A stretch of DNA of 56,410 bases, taken from positions 1-56,410 of IMG/VR virus record IMGVR_UViG_3300044708_000067. The stretch is one strand, 5' to 3'. The notes under the pieces were generated by a model. That model saw nothing but the letters and a program-made list of their open reading frames with translations, was not told the origin of the DNA and made no database searches. Positions 7,431-16,312 of the stretch are shown piece by piece. The stretch comes from a virus (taxonomy: Duplodnaviria; Caudoviricetes). How positions within the stretch are numbered: the stretch's first letter is position 1; each line of letters opens with the position of its first letter. Made by a program: the position numbers and the translations under genes.

Positions 7431-9647
7431 ATGCCGGTCGAGACGCTATTCGATAAGCATACCAATCTCGAAGTTGGCGAGCCCACGGTCTTAACTCCCA
7501 CACCGGGGGTGACGCCCATGAACGGCGCGGACCTTCCCGCTGCGCCGCGTGGCGAGCACGAACAGCTCGTCGGCTGGATACGCAAGGAAGTGACGCACGC
7601 GGACAAGCACGTCGGCGCGTTCCGCGATAACGCCATGCGCGCGTTCCGCTTCCGTGACGGCAATCAGTACGACCCGGAGACGCGGCGGCAACTGCGCATC
7701 AACCAGCGGCCCGACACCGCGTTCAATCAGGTGCAGAAGTACATCCGTTATGTCTGCGGCCTGGAGCGCACGTCACCGCAAGCGCTGCTGTTCCTGCCCA
7801 ACGTTGTCGATGATCTCCAGCAGCAGATTCTGGGCGAGTATTTCACTGAGACGTATCAGTGGGCCATGCGGCAAACTTTAGGAAACTTCGAGCGCAGCGA
7901 CGCCTTCTCCGACATGGAGGCGTGTGGCATGGGCTGGACCTCGACATACATCGACCGCCTGCGCGACCCGCGCGGCATGATCCGCTACGTGCGCGTGCCA
8001 GTGTTTGAAACGCTGTGGCCGGAATGCGCGGATGCCAACCTGCGCACGACGCGCTGGCGAGCGCGCGAGTCGGAGATCGAGCGCGACGATGCCCTGCGCC
8101 GCTGGCCGAAGCACGACATGCTGATTCGCGGGCTGGCAGGCGGCAACGCCAACAGCGGCTTCGACGGGCGCCCCGAAGTAGATACCGCCGTCTACACCGT
8201 GCCGTACATCGAGACGCTGCCCGTTGAGAAGGAAGGCAGCAAGCCCAGCAAGCGTAACAAGGTGAAGGTGCTGGAGTTCCAGTGGTACGAAGACCAGGAA
8301 GGCATGGTCTTCCCCGACCCGGTGACGCGCGAGCCGGTGTGGCTGAACACCGCCGACTATCGCAAGTACCTGCGCCGCTTGCAGGTGCTGATGCCAGAAG
8401 TCGCGCAGATGGTGGACGGCCAGAAAGACGAAGCGCCGCACCGCGTCATTCGCGTGGTCAACGTGCTGGAGCGCAAGTTTCTGCTGAGTGAGCCGAAGCG
8501 CCTGCCAGGCGACCGCTGGACGCTCAACTGCATGACGGCAAACTTCGATGAAGACCTGCGCCAGTTCTACGGTTGGGTCAACATCCTCATGGACCCGCAG
8601 CGCTACGCCAACAAGTTCTTTAACCAGGTCATCGAGATCATGGGCACCAGCGCCAAGAGCGGCTGGGTGGCAGAAGAAGGCGCGTTCGCGGATACCAAGC
8701 AGCAGCACGAGTTTGAGAACACGTCGGCACGTAGCGGCTCGATCAACATCGTGGCCCGCGACGCCCTGAAGGAAGCCCGCATCATTCAGAAGAAGCCGCC
8801 CGAACTGCCGCAAGCCGCGCTGGCCATCGTGGACTTCTGCATCAACAGCATGAAGTCGATCACTGGCTTGGACGCGCAGGGCATCGGCATGGACGCGGGC
8901 GGCGCGATGCCCGCCATGACCATGCGGCAGAAGCAGCAAGTGGGCAACGTGCTGCTCGCTAAGGACTTCGACGCGCTGTCGCGCTACCGGCTGGAAGACG
9001 AAGGCCCGGTGATCGCGGCGCACTTGGCGCTGATTGCGGACGGGCGCATGGTGCGCGTGGGCGGCCCGGAGGCGAGCAAGGTCATTCCGCTGCTGCGCCA
9101 GCCGTTTTTGCTGGAGTACGACTTGCAGTTGGACGACACGGAGCACGACCCGAACCTGCGCGCGATGTACACGAATTTCATCCTGCAAGCGGGGCCAATG
9201 CTGGCGAAGATGGGCCTGTTCGTGCCGAGCATGTTCAACTACCTGCCGTTCCCGGTGCGTGTGCGGCAGGAGATGATTCAGAGCATGCAGCAGCAGCAGC
9301 AGAAGCAGGAGCAGATGGCCGCGCTGGGCATCAACATCAAGGGACGCGGCACACCGCGCACACCGCAAGAGACGCAGGCGCGCATCGAGAAGGTGCAGAG
9401 CGACACGCTGCTGCATCACGCCCGCGCCAAGTCGCTGCTGGCCGAGTCGCGGCGCGAGGACTTGCGCACGGTCATCGACGCCATTCAAGGATTCGGCTCG
9501 CAGAGCCTAGAACGCCAGCGTCACGGATTGGAGCATCGGCGGCATGGGCTGGAGGAGCGCAAGGCTGTAGCAGACACGGCAGTGAAGCTGTTGCAGGCGT
9601 TGCAGGCAGGGCAAGCCGCGCAGTCGCGGCAGGGCGGTGGCGAATGA
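7431..9647 (+). CDS. Portal protein, P22 gp1-like
   Basis: Follows terL; F-x-x-G-x-Q-Y, FNQVQKYIRYVCG, GW..ILMDPQRYANK motifs and a Gln-rich coiled-coil C-terminus. Start chosen at ATG 7431; the ORF is open from 7374. Confidence 0.88.
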   Translation: MPVETLFDKHTNLEVGEPTVLTPTPGVTPMNGADLPAAPRGEHEQLVGWIRKEVTHADKHVGAFRDNAMRAFRFRDGNQYDPETRRQLRINQRPDTAFNQVQKYIRYVCGLERTSPQALLFLPNVVDDLQQQILGEYFTETYQWAMRQTLGNFERSDAFSDMEACGMGWTSTYIDRLRDPRGMIRYVRVPVFETLWPECADANLRTTRWRARESEIERDDALRRWPKHDMLIRGLAGGNANSGFDGRPEVDTAVYTVPYIETLPVEKEGSKPSKRNKVKVLEFQWYEDQEGMVFPDPVTREPVWLNTADYRKYLRRLQVLMPEVAQMVDGQKDEAPHRVIRVVNVLERKFLLSEPKRLPGDRWTLNCMTANFDEDLRQFYGWVNILMDPQRYANKFFNQVIEIMGTSAKSGWVAEEGAFADTKQQHEFENTSARSGSINIVARDALKEARIIQKKPPELPQAALAIVDFCINSMKSITGLDAQGIGMDAGGAMPAMTMRQKQQVGNVLLAKDFDALSRYRLEDEGPVIAAHLALIADGRMVRVGGPEASKVIPLLRQPFLLEYDLQLDDTEHDPNLRAMYTNFILQAGPMLAKMGLFVPSMFNYLPFPVRVRQEMIQSMQQQQQKQEQMAALGINIKGRGTPRTPQETQARIEKVQSDTLLHHARAKSLLAESRREDLRTVIDAIQGFGSQSLERQRHGLEHRRHGLEERKAVADTAVKLLQALQAGQAAQSRQGGGE

Positions 9648-9829
9648 CGGCGCGGCCAGTGCGGTTTAAGCTGACGCAATCGCCTGCGTGGATTCTCGTG
9701 GGCGCAACGGCTTTCCGCCTAGCTACGGGACACGATACGCACTGCGACATCTGCGGAGCCACTGGACGCGGGTGCTTTCTCAATCGCGATGGTTCGATGC
9801 ACTGCATTGAATGTTCGGAGAAGCCGTGA
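9644..9829 (+). CDS. Small zinc-ribbon protein
   Basis: CDIC...CIEC; ATGA and GTGA overlaps with both neighbours. Confidence 0.6.
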   Translation: MTARPVRFKLTQSPAWILVGATAFRLATGHDTHCDICGATGRGCFLNRDGSMHCIECSEKP

Positions 9830-11079
9830 AGCGCCCGCGCATCCTAGTCTGTGATCGCGGCGCGTTCCTGCCGTTTGCGCAGGCGTTTGCCGCTGACGCG
9901 GACACGCTCTACTTCAGCGAGTTCCGCGAAGTGGCTGACCTGTCCAAGAACGCAATGGTAGGCCGCGACGTGCCGGGCATCGAGCGCGTAGACTCGCTGT
10001 GGAAGCACATCGACGACGTGGACGCGATTGCCTTCCCCGACGTAGGCGACGGCGACATGCAGCAGTGGCTGCGCGGCAAGGGCTACGCGGTCTGGGGCAG
10101 CGGCGATGCCGAGATGCTGGAGATCGACCGCTGGGAGTTCAAGCGCCTGCTGCAGAAAATGGGCCTGCCCGTGGTGGACACGCGGCGGCTCGTCGGCCTG
10201 GACGCACTGGAAGCCGTGCTACGCAAAGAAGATGACCGCTACGTAAAGACGAGCTTCTTCCGTGGAGACTTCGAGTCGTACCATCATGTGACATGGGAGC
10301 TGACCGAGCCGTGGTTCAATGACCTGCGGCACCGCATGGGACCGCACGGCGCGGAGATCGAGACGCTAGTAGAGCTGCCCGCGCCCGGCGTGGAAATCGG
10401 CTTCGACGGCTACGTAGTAGACGGCAAGTTCCCTGAGAGCGCCATGTACGGCCTGGAGCTGAAGGACAGCGCGTACCTTGGCCGCGCCTGCGCAGTGACC
10501 GACATGCCTGGCTGCCTGCAAGACGCGAACGTGGCGCTAGCCGAAGCACTGCGCAAGCTGGGCGCGCGGAGCTGCTACAGCAACGAAGTGCGCGTGACTG
10601 ACGATGGCACTGCGTATATCAGCGATCCTTGCCTGCGCTGCGGCTCACCGCCTTTTGCGAGCATGTCGCTAGCGATCACGAATTGGGCAGAGATCGTGTT
10701 GGGCGGCGCGCATGGCGAAGTGGTCGAGCCCGACTTTGCCGCCGAGTACGCTTGCGAGATCGAACTTGCGTCGCCGTGGCTGGAGAGCGACTGGCTGCCG
10801 CTGAAGATGCCCGACGAGATTCTGCCGTGGGTGCGTCTGCGCCGCCCCGTCGTGATCGACGGGCGCTATTGGTGCATTCCGCATCCGTGGCTGGACATCG
10901 CTGGCAGCGCCGTGGGCTTGGGCGACACGCCCGCGCTGGCCATCGACCGCGCCATCGAAGTGGCTGAACAGATCGAAGGCTACCAGTTGAAGTGGAACAA
11001 GAACGTCAAGGCGGAACTGCTGGACGGTTGGGACAAGGTGCAGGACGCCTGCGCGGATACGAAGGCGAAAGCCGCATGA
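9826..11079 (+). CDS. ATP-grasp ligase, PurD/GARS-like
   Basis: VWGSGDAEMLEIDRWEFK..L.KMGLP, YVK, GVEIG, Y..D...R.G.P motifs follow the GAR synthetase ATP-grasp layout. GGAG precedes GTG 9826. Confidence 0.75.
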   Translation: MKRPRILVCDRGAFLPFAQAFAADADTLYFSEFREVADLSKNAMVGRDVPGIERVDSLWKHIDDVDAIAFPDVGDGDMQQWLRGKGYAVWGSGDAEMLEIDRWEFKRLLQKMGLPVVDTRRLVGLDALEAVLRKEDDRYVKTSFFRGDFESYHHVTWELTEPWFNDLRHRMGPHGAEIETLVELPAPGVEIGFDGYVVDGKFPESAMYGLELKDSAYLGRACAVTDMPGCLQDANVALAEALRKLGARSCYSNEVRVTDDGTAYISDPCLRCGSPPFASMSLAITNWAEIVLGGAHGEVVEPDFAAEYACEIELASPWLESDWLPLKMPDEILPWVRLRRPVVIDGRYWCIPHPWLDIAGSAVGLGDTPALAIDRAIEVAEQIEGYQLKWNKNVKAELLDGWDKVQDACADTKAKAA

Positions 11080-11513
11080 CCTTCGCCGTCGTGCCCTACT
11101 CACAGATGCGTTACCCGTCTTGCGGTGACTGGCTCGCCACGCCTGAGGGCCTGCGCATCATCGCGGCCGACACCGGCTCGTGGCGCTACAACGCGCTCGT
11201 GCTGCTGCACGAGGCGGTCGAGGCGCTGCTGTGCCGCTGGCATGGCGTGACGCAGGCGGCGGTGGATAAGTTCGACATGGTGGATTGGCCGCGCATCAGG
11301 GGCATTGGCTGGTCGGTTGGCATTACGCCCGCCTGCCGCGCCGCGCTGAACGATAACGATCCTGGCGCGTGGCCGTCTGCGCCGTATCATTCAATGCACA
11401 TGACAGCCACGCGCGTCGAGCGGCTTGCGGCGTTGGCGTTATTCGTGAGATGGAATAAATACGAAGCGGCGCTGCACGCGCTGGCTGATACAAAGGAGCA
11501 GGCACATGGCTGA
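11076..11513 (+). CDS. Conserved phage protein with HExxE and YH..H motifs, putative metal-dependent hydrolase
   Basis: QMRYPSCGDW...LLHEAVEALLC...VDKFD...DPG...APYHSMH..AT.VER; ATGA-coupled to the ATP-grasp gene. Confidence 0.65.
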   Translation: MTFAVVPYSQMRYPSCGDWLATPEGLRIIAADTGSWRYNALVLLHEAVEALLCRWHGVTQAAVDKFDMVDWPRIRGIGWSVGITPACRAALNDNDPGAWPSAPYHSMHMTATRVERLAALALFVRWNKYEAALHALADTKEQAHG

Positions 11514-12681
11514 CGAACAATTCTCAAACCCACTGGACGCGCTGGCACAAGCAGAGGAGGCCGCCATTCTCGGCAACGTCACTGTGCCGCCGCCGATGAT
11601 CGGCAGCGACTTGGCCCCCGACGTGCGCCAGCCGCATGTGCAGGAGACGAGTACCGACGCCATCCCCGTCGAGTCCCCGCCTGCCGAGGAGCCAGCCACG
11701 CCGCCCGTATCGGAGCCCGCGCCCGCCACGGAGCCGCCGCCCGCCGAACCCCAGCCGACGACGGCGGCTCCCCCCACCACGGAAGAAGGCAAGCACCCGA
11801 CCTTCCAGCCGAGCGAGGCGCACCGCCTGGCCCGTGAGCAGGAGAAGAAGACCAAAGAGGCGCTGCGCGAACTGAACCAAGAGCGTGAGCGCATCGCGGC
11901 GTTGGAGCGCGAACGCGCCGAGTTGCAGGCGCAGTTGCAGCAAGCGCAGCAGCCGCCCGACGAGTTCGTGCAGCCCGAAGTAGACCCGGTGGTGAACCTG
12001 CAATCGCAGATTCAGAACCTGCAGGCGCAGATCGAGTCGCAGCGCATGGAGCAGGCGGTAGCCGCCGAAGCCCGCGCCTTCGCAGCCAACGGCCACCCCG
12101 ACTACGAGCAGGCGTATGCCTATCTCATCGAGAGCGAGAAGCGCAAAGCCGAGAAGACAGGCGAAATCGAAATCGTGGCCGAGCGCGTCCGCGTCAACCG
12201 CCCCGACCTGGTGCGCGACGCGGCAGCGCGGCAGGGCATTACCGAGGCCGACGCCAGCCGTCAGCTTGCGGTTGGCGTACTGTTCGAGGCGCGACGGCAG
12301 ACGGTCATTGCCGGTGCCCGCGCCATGAACCGCCCGGTGCCCGAAGTGGTCTGGGATTGGGCGCAAGAAAACGGCTTCCGGCCCGCAGGTGCCAACGGCA
12401 ACGGCAACCAGCCCGCGCCCGCGCCGCAAGTGCCGCCAGCGAGCATGAGCGCCGCTGAGCAACTGCGCACGGAGCAGCGCGAAGCTACGGGCAGTGCGCT
12501 GGCCGCGTTGCCTACGGGCAGCAGCGCGCCGCCGAAGGCGATCCGCTCGCGCGCAGACTTGATGGCGCTGCCGCCTGCGGAGCAATCAGCGTACATCGAC
12601 AATATGGATGCTAGGGTCATGCTGCCGCCCAACGATCCGCGTTGGGTGCCGCAGAACTGGCACGAGCTACTGTCGGACTGA
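11506..12681 (+). CDS. Capsid scaffolding protein
   Basis: Acidic Pro/Glu-rich N-terminus, long coiled coil, HPDYEQAY motif and terminal LMAL...YI helix; lies between portal and capsid genes. Confidence 0.75.
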   Translation: MADEQFSNPLDALAQAEEAAILGNVTVPPPMIGSDLAPDVRQPHVQETSTDAIPVESPPAEEPATPPVSEPAPATEPPPAEPQPTTAAPPTTEEGKHPTFQPSEAHRLAREQEKKTKEALRELNQERERIAALERERAELQAQLQQAQQPPDEFVQPEVDPVVNLQSQIQNLQAQIESQRMEQAVAAEARAFAANGHPDYEQAYAYLIESEKRKAEKTGEIEIVAERVRVNRPDLVRDAAARQGITEADASRQLAVGVLFEARRQTVIAGARAMNRPVPEVVWDWAQENGFRPAGANGNGNQPAPAPQVPPASMSAAEQLRTEQREATGSALAALPTGSSAPPKAIRSRADLMALPPAEQSAYIDNMDARVMLPPNDPRWVPQNWHELLSD

Positions 12682-12707
12682 CGGCAGGGCAAAAGGGGGA
12701 TACCTGA

Positions 12708-13568
12708 ATGACGCGCAAACTGGTGACGATGGCGGCGGTGGCGATGTTGTGGTGGGCGTCGCCAGCATTGGGGCAAGTAGACACTCCGACCAACACCCCG
12801 ACGAATACGCCGCAGAACACCGCGACAAATACGCCGACAAATACGCCGACACGGACCCTGACAAATACGCCGACCAATACCGCGACGCAGACGTTGACCA
12901 ACACGCCTACCAATACGGTAACGGATACGCCGACCAATACGCCCACGAACACGAAGACCAACACATCGACGCGGACCCCGACGTGGACGCCGCCGTTTAC
13001 CAAGACCATTACGCCCACTGTCTCGCGCACGCCGACCATCACCAACACGCCGACACGCACGACAACCGGGACTCGGACCAATACCCCAACACGCACACCG
13101 ACGCGCACGCCAACGAATACACCGGGACTCACGAGCACGCCGACCATTACCTCAACGCCCGCGCTCACGAGTACGCCGACGCGCACACCGACGCCGACGT
13201 GCTATCCCGTCGTAGACAAGCGCGGCAACCCAGACGGCTCGTTCTGCAATGCGAGCTGTCCGACGCCGCCGTGCGACGGCACGCCTGTGCCCGCATGGGA
13301 ACCGCAGGGCGCAGGCAAGACGGCATCGTGCACGAAGTACGCTGGCACGACTGCAGAGATGCAAGTCGAGTGCTACGCGCACAACAATCCGCCGTGGCAG
13401 GGCACGCCAGTGCCGGTGCAGACACCGTTCGCCTGTCCTGGGTCCGTCTACTTCCCAGACAGTTATGAGCAGTGCTGGTGTCGCGCCACGTCCAACACGA
13501 CTTCGGACGCTCGCTTCTCGTGCTGGATTGACCGCTATCCGGTGCCGGTGGGCAACGAAGCGCCATAG
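12708..13568 (+). CDS. Secreted protein: signal peptide, Thr/Pro/Asn repeat stalk, Cys-rich C-terminal domain
   Basis: MTRKLVTMAAVAMLWWASPALG, then about 140 aa of TPTNTPT repeats, then a Cys-rich domain. Confidence 0.85.
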   Translation: MTRKLVTMAAVAMLWWASPALGQVDTPTNTPTNTPQNTATNTPTNTPTRTLTNTPTNTATQTLTNTPTNTVTDTPTNTPTNTKTNTSTRTPTWTPPFTKTITPTVSRTPTITNTPTRTTTGTRTNTPTRTPTRTPTNTPGLTSTPTITSTPALTSTPTRTPTPTCYPVVDKRGNPDGSFCNASCPTPPCDGTPVPAWEPQGAGKTASCTKYAGTTAEMQVECYAHNNPPWQGTPVPVQTPFACPGSVYFPDSYEQCWCRATSNTTSDARFSCWIDRYPVPVGNEAP

Positions 13569-13574
13569 GGCAAC

Positions 13575-13787
13575 ATGCTCATACTGCGCTACGCCCTGCG
13601 TGAGTACCAGTGCCCGCCGCTTGGCTGGAAGCCTGGCACGCTACTGCCTGCGTCGGTGCCTGTGCGGACCATCGAGCGCGTGATTTACGATGAGCCGCCG
13701 AAGCGGTCCATGCGCGACGCCATCACGCGTCAGTTCGTCGCCGCCAAAGCGCAGCAACGCAAGGTGCCGCATGCGTCCGCATGCTAA
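13575..13787 (+). CDS. Small hypothetical protein
   Basis: 70-aa ORF filling the gap between two secreted-protein genes. Confidence 0.55.
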   Translation: MLILRYALREYQCPPLGWKPGTLLPASVPVRTIERVIYDEPPKRSMRDAITRQFVAAKAQQRKVPHASAC

Positions 13788-15192
13788 GCTGCTGCTGGCT
13801 ATCGCCTGCGTGCTGTGGGCAGGCGCGGCGCAGGCAGTCACCTGCACGGTCAACTCGACTGCTGACACAGATAACGTCGTGCCAGGTATCTGCCTCGATC
13901 TCAGCGGCAACTGCACGCTGCGTGGCGCGCTCACGGCAGTGAACAACAGCGGCTGCACGGCCATTGTCCGCAGCGCGTCGGGCACGCTGACGCTGACCTC
14001 GACGCTGCCGGAAGTGACGGCCAGTAACTGGTCGATCCACTTCGAGACGGACTGTGGCGACTTGTCAGCAAACCCCGCCGTGCCGCCAACTTCCAACTTC
14101 CTCATCGACGGCGACGGCACTTATCGGGGACTCGTTGTGCACGGGTCTAATGTCACGCTGTCCGGGCTCAACATTCTCAACACAAACGGGACAGCGATTG
14201 AGTGGGACGGTAGTAGTACCACACTGCGGTGTAGCTATATCCACGGCGAGACAGACACGAACAACAGCATGGTCCGTGGCGGCGCTGCAGGCGGCGGAGG
14301 CGGCGGTGCGAGCAGCGTGATCGGAGGCGCGAACGCTGGAGATGGAAATGTCATCGCGGTCGCGGCTGGCAGCACTTCGGTGAACTGCGCCGAGCTGGTG
14401 TCAGGCGCAGATGGCAGCACGGTCTGGGGCAACTGGTTTGGCGTTGCACCAGACGGCTCGGCGGCCGGGTGCAGCGGCGACGGGCTTGCCGTCTTCTCGG
14501 ACAATGTCGTGGTGGGCGGCACCGGCCGCAAGCGCAACGTTGCTTCAAGCAACGCCAAGCCAGGCATACGGATTCATTCAACGGCTCACAGCGCGACCGT
14601 GGAGAATAACTGCGCTGGCGGGACGCCGCTCACGTGCGCGCTCAGCGCGTGTAACTGCACGGCCGAGCCAGCGGTGACAGATATCAGCGACGCGGGGATC
14701 GGCACGACGCTCACGGACAACATCATCTGTCCGGTGGGCTGCTGCTCGCTCAGCGCGGCGTGCGGCACCTGTTTCAGCGCCCTGTGCACTCCGACGAACG
14801 AGAACGGATGCCCCGTAGATGGCGCGCTCGCAGCTCTGTGCATCGGTGGCGACAACGACTGCACCGACTGCTCAGGGGGCGGCGACACCGACTGCACGGG
14901 CGGCGGGACGTGTCAGTCGTGCAGCACGACCGGCGCGTGGTCTGAGACGGCGGCATGCACTGGCGGCGGCTGCGTGGAGCCTACGGCGACGGATACGCCG
15001 ACCAACACGCCCACCAATACACCGACCGCTACGCCGACCAACACGGCAACGAACACCCCGACACGAACGGCCACGAACACGCCCACGCGCACCGCGACCA
15101 ATACGCCCACGAACAGTCCGACGAACACGCCGACACCTGGCGGTCCAACGGGCAACAGCCGTCGCTACTGCGCCCCCCTCGACTGCCCATGA
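13771..15192 (+). CDS. Secreted CSLREA-type / right-handed beta-helix protein with Cys-rich region and TPTN tail
   Basis: Signal peptide ...WAGAAQA; TVNSTADTD...CTLRGAL (CSLREA-like); VIGG...GNVI, VWGNWFGV, RNVASSN beta-helix repeats; C-terminal TPTNTPT repeats. Confidence 0.85.
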   Translation: MRPHAKLLLAIACVLWAGAAQAVTCTVNSTADTDNVVPGICLDLSGNCTLRGALTAVNNSGCTAIVRSASGTLTLTSTLPEVTASNWSIHFETDCGDLSANPAVPPTSNFLIDGDGTYRGLVVHGSNVTLSGLNILNTNGTAIEWDGSSTTLRCSYIHGETDTNNSMVRGGAAGGGGGGASSVIGGANAGDGNVIAVAAGSTSVNCAELVSGADGSTVWGNWFGVAPDGSAAGCSGDGLAVFSDNVVVGGTGRKRNVASSNAKPGIRIHSTAHSATVENNCAGGTPLTCALSACNCTAEPAVTDISDAGIGTTLTDNIICPVGCCSLSAACGTCFSALCTPTNENGCPVDGALAALCIGGDNDCTDCSGGGDTDCTGGGTCQSCSTTGAWSETAACTGGGCVEPTATDTPTNTPTNTPTATPTNTATNTPTRTATNTPTRTATNTPTNSPTNTPTPGGPTGNSRRYCAPLDCP

Positions 15193-15488
15193 ACATCGAA
15201 CTGACCATCGAAGACTATCTCTCGATGGTCGCCTGGTGGCAGACGCTGCCTGGCCGTGTGAAGCCGCTGATCGCGCAGTTCCCGCCCGGCAGTCGCTGGC
15301 GCCTGCGTCGGCAAAGCGAGATCGGCGCCATAGGCGACGTGCCAGTGCGCGACGACGATTGGTTCGGCGTGCAGGGCTTCACGCAAGACGGCAAGGTGCA
15401 ACTGCGGCTGTGCAGCGGGGCCAGCGGCGAGACGCTACCCGTCGAGTGCGTGGCGCGGCCCGTGGACCTTGTGCCAGCGGGCAACTGA
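15189..15488 (+). CDS. Hypothetical protein
   Basis: ATGA overlap with the upstream stop; 99 aa. Confidence 0.6.
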   Translation: MNIELTIEDYLSMVAWWQTLPGRVKPLIAQFPPGSRWRLRRQSEIGAIGDVPVRDDDWFGVQGFTQDGKVQLRLCSGASGETLPVECVARPVDLVPAGN

Positions 15489-15497
15489 GGAGCACAT

Positions 15498-15695
15498 ATG
15501 GCGTTCATCTACGAAGTGATCGCTTACTGCGATTGCCGATATGGCAGTACGCAGCAACTTACCGTCTTGAGGACGTGGACTCACTTTGAAGACGATTGCG
15601 TGTTGGTGACGCGACCAAAGCCATGCGTTGCCTGCCTGCATCAGCAAGAGCTGCGTGCGCAGGCTGCTGCGCGGGCATGGGCTGGCAGCGGGTGA
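15498..15695 (+). CDS. Small Cys-containing protein
   Basis: GAGGAG RBS; CDC...CVAC. Confidence 0.55.
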   Translation: MAFIYEVIAYCDCRYGSTQQLTVLRTWTHFEDDCVLVTRPKPCVACLHQQELRAQAAARAWAGSG

Positions 15696-15703
15696 GCCGC
15701 CGC

Positions 15704-15897
15704 TTGACAAGCCGCCGCACGCTGGCGCATAAATAGCGCACAGGGCGCGCTGCCCTGCAATACAGCGCAAAGCCAGCACCGCCGCCGAGCTGCATATCGG
15801 CGGCTGGCGTGATCGCCGCCACCGACCGCGATCCTCTCAGGCACACCCGGCGCCTGCATCGGCTGGGGGAGGAAGGCAACCACATGAGAGGATCAAC
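15704..15897 (+). promoter_or_regulatory. Putative promoter and structured 5' leader of the capsid gene
   Basis: TTGACA 15704 with a weak -10; hairpin GCCGCCGA/TCGGCGGC 15781-15804; 10-bp helix GATCCTCTCA (15830-15839) with TGAGAGGATC (15885-15894) covering the SD. Confidence 0.55.
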
Positions 15898-16312
15898 ATG
15901 GCCGAAACAATCGTGGCCGCCAATGACCCTTCGGCTGTAGTCATCTATAGCCATCGCGTCTTTTGGCAGGCCCTCCGCAGCACTACTGCGGCCAAGCTCA
16001 TGGCAGTCGGTCTGAATGCGCGCGACCAGTCAAACTTCGTGCAGTTCTTCGACGAGCCGAGCAAAGGCCCCGGCGATCAAGTCAAGTACGACCTGATCCC
16101 GAACCCGCAAGGCCCCGGCGTCTTGGGCGACGCGCCCATTGCTGGGCAGGAAGTCCCGCAGACGCACTTCCAAGACTCGCTCTCGATCAACCAGCAGCGG
16201 CAGGCGATTCTGCTCGTCGGCCGCATGAGCCAGCAGAGAGTGCCTTGGAGCATGCGTGATGCTGCCAAGGTCGGGCTGGCAAACTGGTGGAAAGATACAA
16301 TCGACGTTGGGT
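15898..16312 (+). CDS. Major capsid protein, N4-gp56/DUF4043-like, exon 1
   Basis: KGPGDQVKYDL...GVLGD...G.E...F.D...INQQRQA....G.MSQQR....R..AK..L..WW matches the family N-terminal half. Confidence 0.88.

Noticed and set aside
7878-9488. 536-aa minus-strand ORF and similar long antisense ORFs, including the VGV-rich ORFs opposite the TPT tracts
   Set aside because: These are shadow frames of high-GC coding sequence (portal, scaffold, Thr/Pro repeats).
9826-11079. Annotation as a genuine purD auxiliary metabolic gene
   Set aside because: The N-terminal PurD motif (G-x-G-G-R-E-H) is absent, no other pur genes exist, and the gene lies in the head module.
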